DNA of 61,396 nucleotides, filler included, from Basidioascus undulatus (lineage: Eukaryota), in assembly GCA_000826855.1 (NCBI GenBank). It is 6 parts of 6 records of this genome, joined end to end, with 100 filler letters (N's around TTAATTAATTAA, not from the genome) between each part and the next. Parts side by side here need not be neighbours in the genome. Positions count along the whole stretch, not along the records: positions 54,698 to 61,396 come from JTLS01001686.1; 5 more parts are not named here. One strand, written 5' to 3'. Numbering within the stretch: position 1 is the first letter of the stretch; every line of letters begins with the position of its first letter. The notes beneath the pieces were generated by a model, which saw nothing but the letters and a program-made list of their open reading frames with translations, was not told where the DNA came from and searched no databases. The translations under genes were made by a program, and so were the position numbers. Below are positions 56,655-61,396 of the stretch, piece after piece.

Positions 56655-59273
56655 TCAACCACCTAATTCAAAGGGCATCAGCCATGAGCAAGATCTGAAC
56701 GAGCAAGAGGGGAAACCTACCTTTCATTGCATAGGCATAGTCGTTCAACCTGTTCCACAGTCTGTGAGTCCCAAAGATGCCTCCAGGCTGGTGTATCGCG
56801 ATAAAGGGGGAAGACGCACGTCCACAACCCCTCCGTCGCATTGCAGAACAGCCCCTTGACGCTCTTGGGCTCGCGGTCGACATCACGGTGCAGCTGCAGC
56901 GCGCTGTCCGACTTGTACGAGCGGTAGTGGCTGATGAGGCCGAAGCCGGAGCCGATCGCCGTGATCTTGTAGTCCGCGGCGTCGAAGACCCACTGGGAAG
57001 GAGAAAGACGCGAAATCAGTCCGCTGTACCGTGATGAGAGTTGGTGATGAAAAGGAAAACGGACGTTGTCTGATCGGATTGGGTTCGGAGTGTCAGAATC
57101 GTCGAGACAGCGGCAAGACGAAAAGACGCACCGAGGATGGTGCCCTGCATGGCGTATTGCTTGACCGCCGCCGACAGCGTGTTGTTCGTCACATCTGCGT
57201 GCATACCAGCCGACATCAGCGCACCAATTGCTTCTCCCACCGCGCGCGCGGGGTTCACACTCACCGACACGGTTGTTTCCTTGTTCAAAGTGAATCTGTT
57301 CCCACCAGGTTCAGTCACATCCAGACAAATAAAAAGGCAGTACTACGCACAGCATTCACGGCCGTGTTCAGCCCGACGGGGTACGGCAGCGTAGGGTGCC
57401 GCCAATCGAGGTCGAAGTAGTGCAGGTCGTTCGCAACGCGGGCAGACAGCGCGTTCATGTCGGTAGAAATGAAGAAGACGACGTGCTTGTGTCCGGGTTT
57501 GGCAAATGCTTGGGCCATGTCTGTTATCATGGATGTCAGCGAGGCTAGCGAAGACGCGGCGATGGGTAAAGCAGCGGGACGACGGACCGGCGGCGCATTG
57601 GAAGTCTAGATGAAGTGAATAGTGTCAGGGCGATTCGAAACAACCCTGAAAGAGGACCTGCGCACGGTATCGGTACCCGCTGAGATCGAGCTCGTCCATG
57701 CTCAGTTTGGAGTTGTCCGCCTGAACATCGTCCACCAAACCGTACGCTCAGCAATCCGCGCGCCCATTTCCCCTCTCCCACACAAGGGACGCATAAGATG
57801 AGACCGTACCAGATTCTCATCTCCTGTGCGAATCTGGATCGCCACGCTGAGGACGCTCGGGTGGGCGAGGATAGCCGAGTAGTGGGCGATAGCTTCGTTC
57901 GTCCGAGGCAAGGGCTGCGGGAGGTGAAAGAATAAGATGAGAGATTCAGACAAGACAATCACACGCGGCATGATGTGGAGAGCGGACAAGGAGGCGGTGA
58001 AGAAGACGCACCGTGAAGAGGTAGTTGAGAACACACCGCCACGCGTTCTCCGCCGTGAGACCGAAGCTCCTAAGCTTCTTGGACATCCACTGATCCGGCT
58101 CCGCAAGCGTCTTCAGCAGCCCTCCATGATCTGCGTGCAAGTCCCCCTCCATCAGCAACCCGAACTCCCCCGCGCCGTGCAGCCTCACTTACTCGACTGC
58201 GTCGTCGTCACTTCCTCCGGGAACGCCGCGTTGAGCTCCTCAAAATCCTTCGGGATGCGGGGGATGATGTCGCGGAAGTTCTTTTCGCGCTCGTTGATGC
58301 GCGGGAAGATATAGTCTCCCCGGCGGAGGGCGTGCGTCCATGTGCGCTGCGAGGCATCGACCGGGTTCGGGTTCACGCCCAGCGCCCAGTCGATGTTTGG
58401 AGAGAGCCACGTCTCTTCCACCGCCTGAGGGTACTCCCAGTAAATCTGCCAGGGCCGGTCGAGGAGGAGGGCGAGTCTGACCGAGCAGCGGGGCGGCGCA
58501 GCCCAGGGTAAGTCGTGCCTCTTCTCGACTGTCTGGGGACGCGCTACTCACGTAAAACTCGTCACAATACCCAATATTCTGTCCCCCAGTCCTCCGTTCT
58601 GCCCATTCCTCCAGTGTTTTAAAAGGGTATTTCAGCATATGGGGCATGTATGTGAGTACCATCCCCTGCCGACATACCTGCGCAGCGCATTCGCAACGAC
58701 CCTCTTCGGCGCTCCCGGCTCGCCCATCTGCACCCCGCTCCCAAGCTTCTTCTTATGTAAATCCGTGTACCGGCCCTGCCACGACCCGCAGTCTGCGGTC
58801 CGGTTGCGCTCGAGCGTGTCGCGCACGATGGCGTCGTACGCGCGCCGCGCGGACCGCGAAGGCGCGACGATTGAGTCGTAGAGCGCGCGGTGCGAGTGGG
58901 AGAGACGGAAGGCTGGAGATGTATCGCGCGAGGCTTGGAGCCCCTCAAGCGACGGCGTGTTTGGGGAGGTCGTGTAGGTGCGGAGGACGTCGATGGCCGA
59001 GTAGTGCGAGCGAGAGGTGAAGCACAAGCGCGGGCCATCGGGAGTCGACACTTGAAAGGTTCGAGGTACACTCAGTATGAGTTTACGCATCCCTTCGAAA
59101 AAAAAAAACCAAGAGAAGCGTACGGAAACCGGATTGATAGCTTACCAGGAAAACAAACGAGAGCAAGATCAGGGGCGCCGCCAGCCTGTGCGCCCGGAAA
59201 GCCTGACCCCAGCTATCGCGTGAGCCCCTCAGATACCTCCATATTTCCTATAGAAAGCACTCACCCGTAGCAT
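56655..59273 (-). CDS. GT-B fucosyltransferase-fold glycosyltransferase (related to FUT8/NodZ/plant FUT1 type), multi-exon
   Basis: Spliced CGSWQGRYTDLH, GGLGDRILGIVTSFTLALLLDRPWQIYWEYP...SPNIDW, CVLNYLFT|P, VAIQIRTGD, HFQCA, VFFISTD, ILDNWVFDAADYKITAIGSGFG (fucosyltransferase motifs I-III). The splicing of the first exons is uncertain. Confidence 0.8.
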
Positions 59274-59530
59274 TTCCAGCAAGTACGGATTGCTGAAAAA
59301 GTTTGAGGGGATGATGGAGGCGAAGCAGGTCCAGCTCAACTCTTTATGTCGTCCTGCACGCGACGCGACGGGCGTGGGAAAATGCTGTAGGTAAGCCGCC
59401 TGGCAACCTTCGCTGCGACTGCAGGCTGCTGCTCCCCGACCTCATTCACTCTGCACGAGGCTTGTCTTCCAAGCACCGACTTTTACTTCGACTATCGCTC
59501 GAATGCTTTCTGTGTTACAGAGCCGGCCGG

Positions 59531-60688
59531 ATGGGCGTTCACCTTCACATTGATTGATTCTGTGGGCGATGTCTCCGTGCCGCCGAATGGAAGATCTCAG
59601 CTGCAGCGCCATGTTCGAGCCCTCACGCTTTACTCTCAGCCCAGCAACGCGACGATGTGGCTACAGTACGGCGTTCACGGCTGGTCGCAGCGGCCCGTCC
59701 TTGACCGTCTCACGCGCGCCCTGCTTCGCTAAGATCCGCCTCGGCGAGCCTCATGCTGTCAGGGAGAGCTTGATGGAGGCAATGCCGGAGGGCCTGTCTG
59801 CCGAAGTCGCGAAAGAGCTGGACCAGAGGGGACTGAGCCTCAGGATAGGCAAGAAGTATTTTGCTACGGTGCATATCCGCGGCTTGGAGGAGCTGACCAA
59901 GCTTGAGGGCTGGTGGTGCGAGGATGCGTGCTTCGTCCGCGTTTTCCTCCTATTGTACCTGGAGCTTACATGCGTTGGGTTGTGCAGTGTGCGGAGTGCC
60001 CTGCTCTACGGTGTGCCAGGCCTGTTCCGGCGCGACGTATTGCGGCGCTGCGGACCAGAAGCAAGATTGGCGGGCTCACAAGCAGGTGCGTTGCTCCGTA
60101 CACCGAGTAGGTGGATGTTCCTCTGACTGGGACATTGCAACCCCTCCCCAGTGGTGCCTCGCTCATCTTTTTCAGGCTCCTCAACAATGTAGCACAAAGC
60201 GCGTCTTCGTCGGGCTAACTTTGAAGAGGAGTAAAGGTACCTGCTGGTATTGTGGCGGTGCCGCAAACAATGGCAGCCTCCGACTGCTCAGTGAGTGCTG
60301 GGCGTGCAGCACCAGCAGTGTGCTCCTTGCCTTTCATCCGAGTCGTATGGGCGAAACAAGCTTAGGAATGATCATGTCCATCCGAAAATGTCGGCCATGT
60401 GGGTACCTTGATTGGGTGAAGCCAGAAGCAGCGAGTCTCTGGCGGTATCACGCACGCACTTTTGCACTAAGTACAAAGCATAAGCTGTCTTTGAAGCAAT
60501 CGAGACAGTGTATTCTATTTCCGTCCTGAAAACTACTTTCTGTGAATCTGAAATGTTTCGGAGGTGATCTTTGTTGCTGCCAGCGTCTGCAATTGCATGA
60601 GGAAGACTTGCAGCCATTACACCAAAGATATGTTATTGACACCCCATTAGACAAAGTTGCACGGATACACTACGGCAAGTGTCTTTGA
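59531..60688 (+). pseudogene. MYND zinc-finger gene with additional CxxC pairs, interrupted by in-frame TGAs
   Basis: CAVCGVPCSTVCQACSGATYCGAADQKQDWRAHKQ|WC is a MYND finger. TGA at 59555 in the putative first exon, and the frame stays open for 52 codons after the TGA at 60527. Could instead be an intact shorter gene. Confidence 0.6.
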
Positions 60689-60753
60689 GCATGTACAGTG
60701 GTAAATTTGGGGTCCGGGCGGTGTGCAATGGTTAAAATTTATTTCTTTAGTGT

Positions 60754-60760
60754 TATAAAA
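60754..60760 (+). promoter_or_regulatory. TATA element about 25 nt upstream of the tRNA gene
   Basis: TATAAAA in an AT-rich patch at the position typical of TFIIIB binding. Confidence 0.5.
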
Positions 60761-60778
60761 GACTTCATCATCAACTGT

Positions 60779-60874
60779 GGCGCTTTGGCGGAGTGGTTAA
60801 CGCGCTGCCCTGCTATAATATAAAATGTTAGGCAGTTCCCTCTGGGAGCGTGTGTTCGAATCACACAGGCGTCG
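60779..60874 (+). tRNA. tRNA-Ser(GCT) with a 14-nt canonical intron (60816-60829)
   Basis: Acceptor GGCGCTT/AGGCGTC plus discriminator G, A-box TGGCGGAGTGG, anticodon stem CTGCC/GGCAG with GCT at 60812-60814, long variable arm TTCCCTCTGGGAG, T-arm GTGTG-TTCGAAT-CACAC. A T-run follows near 60896. Confidence 0.95.
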
Positions 60875-61198
60875 TCTTTAGCTCTTGGAATCCATGTTTT
60901 TGTTGAAGCGAGGGCCGATACAACGAGAAGGCGAGAACTCGAGCGTCCCAAGGAAGCATCAAACGGCACAAGCCAGGGACTCTACATACTTGTAGGTAAC
61001 AACCTAAACTGAATGCCGCGTTGGCCCAGCTGGCAGTTCCATTTGAGAGAGGGTGTTTCTGTGGCACAGGCTCCAGCAATGGACTTAGGTGAGTGCCATA
61101 GCACGCTTAGCATTTTCTTCATGAAACGAACGAGCACCGCTGTGCCATTACTTTTACGGTTGATTTTTGGACGAATGCGCCGGTTACTGCGGCATGTG

Positions 61199-61396
61199 CG
61201 AGGCCTTTCCCCCTTCTGAAAAATCGCGACGCCGGGTGAGGGCGTCCGCTTTACCATTCTTGACGCCAGGGCGATAGACAATGGAATATTTGTGATGGTT
61301 GATCTTTTCGGACCAGCGAGCTTGGCGGCGGGAGAGGATGCGGGCGGTCTGGAAATGCTCGAGGTTCTTGTGATCCGTGAGGATGCGGAATGGTTC
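61199..61396 (-). mobile_element. Ty3/Gypsy pol fragment (RNase H C-terminus)
   Basis: [56 protein letters not shown]; runs off the window end. Confidence 0.92.

Noticed and set aside
1247..59557. Genome-wide TGA reassignment or selenocysteine use
   Set aside because: TGA terminates conserved genes at the expected positions (Rec8, Sro7, Rho3, DUF202), and the interrupted genes mostly carry other lesions.
1..61396. CRISPR arrays, rRNA or prokaryotic operons
   Set aside because: No repeat-spacer array or rRNA sequence was seen; gene structure is spliceosomal throughout.

Overview
GC-rich, intron-dense eukaryotic DNA from a basidiomycete fungus (short GT-AG introns with GTGAGT/GTGCGT/GTCCGT donors and CTRAC-like branch sites; Rec8, SHR3, Rho3 and CAP64-like proteins with basidiomycete-type sequences). 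The window is NOT one locus. It is six contig segments (1-27348, 27449-34167, 34268-40979, 41080-47791, 47892-54597, 54698-61396) joined by an artificial 100-nt linker (44 N + TTAATTAATTAA + 44 N), so neighbourhoods cannot be read across linkers. Genes reconstructed by manual splicing: meiotic cohesin Rec8, a 45-aa secreted two-Cys peptide, Sro7/tomosyn/Lgl, a single-pass membrane protein, a DUF202 protein, a Nudix hydrolase (partial), a membrane-anchored GH71 alpha-1,3-glucanase, a cytochrome P450, a WD40 protein (partial), a Kre9/Knh1-like GPI protein, SHR3 (partial), SmB, Rho3 (partial), a CAP64/CAS3-like protein (partial) next to a fucosyltransferase-fold glycosyltransferase, and an intron-containing tRNA-Ser(GCT). 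Many decaying genes (ricin-B lectin, dynein LC8, MYND finger, LRR, Cys-rich) and retroelement relics lie between them. Most unusual observations: (i) a patchwork in contig 2 where an APH-kinase fragment runs in frame into the C-terminal half of a DyP peroxidase, between a LINE relic and an internally deleted chromovirus; (ii) the small secreted disulfide peptide precursor; (iii) the type-I membrane GH71; (iv) the CAP64-like/fucosyltransferase gene pair. All family calls come from motif recognition by eye, not database searches. Exon boundaries are manual predictions.
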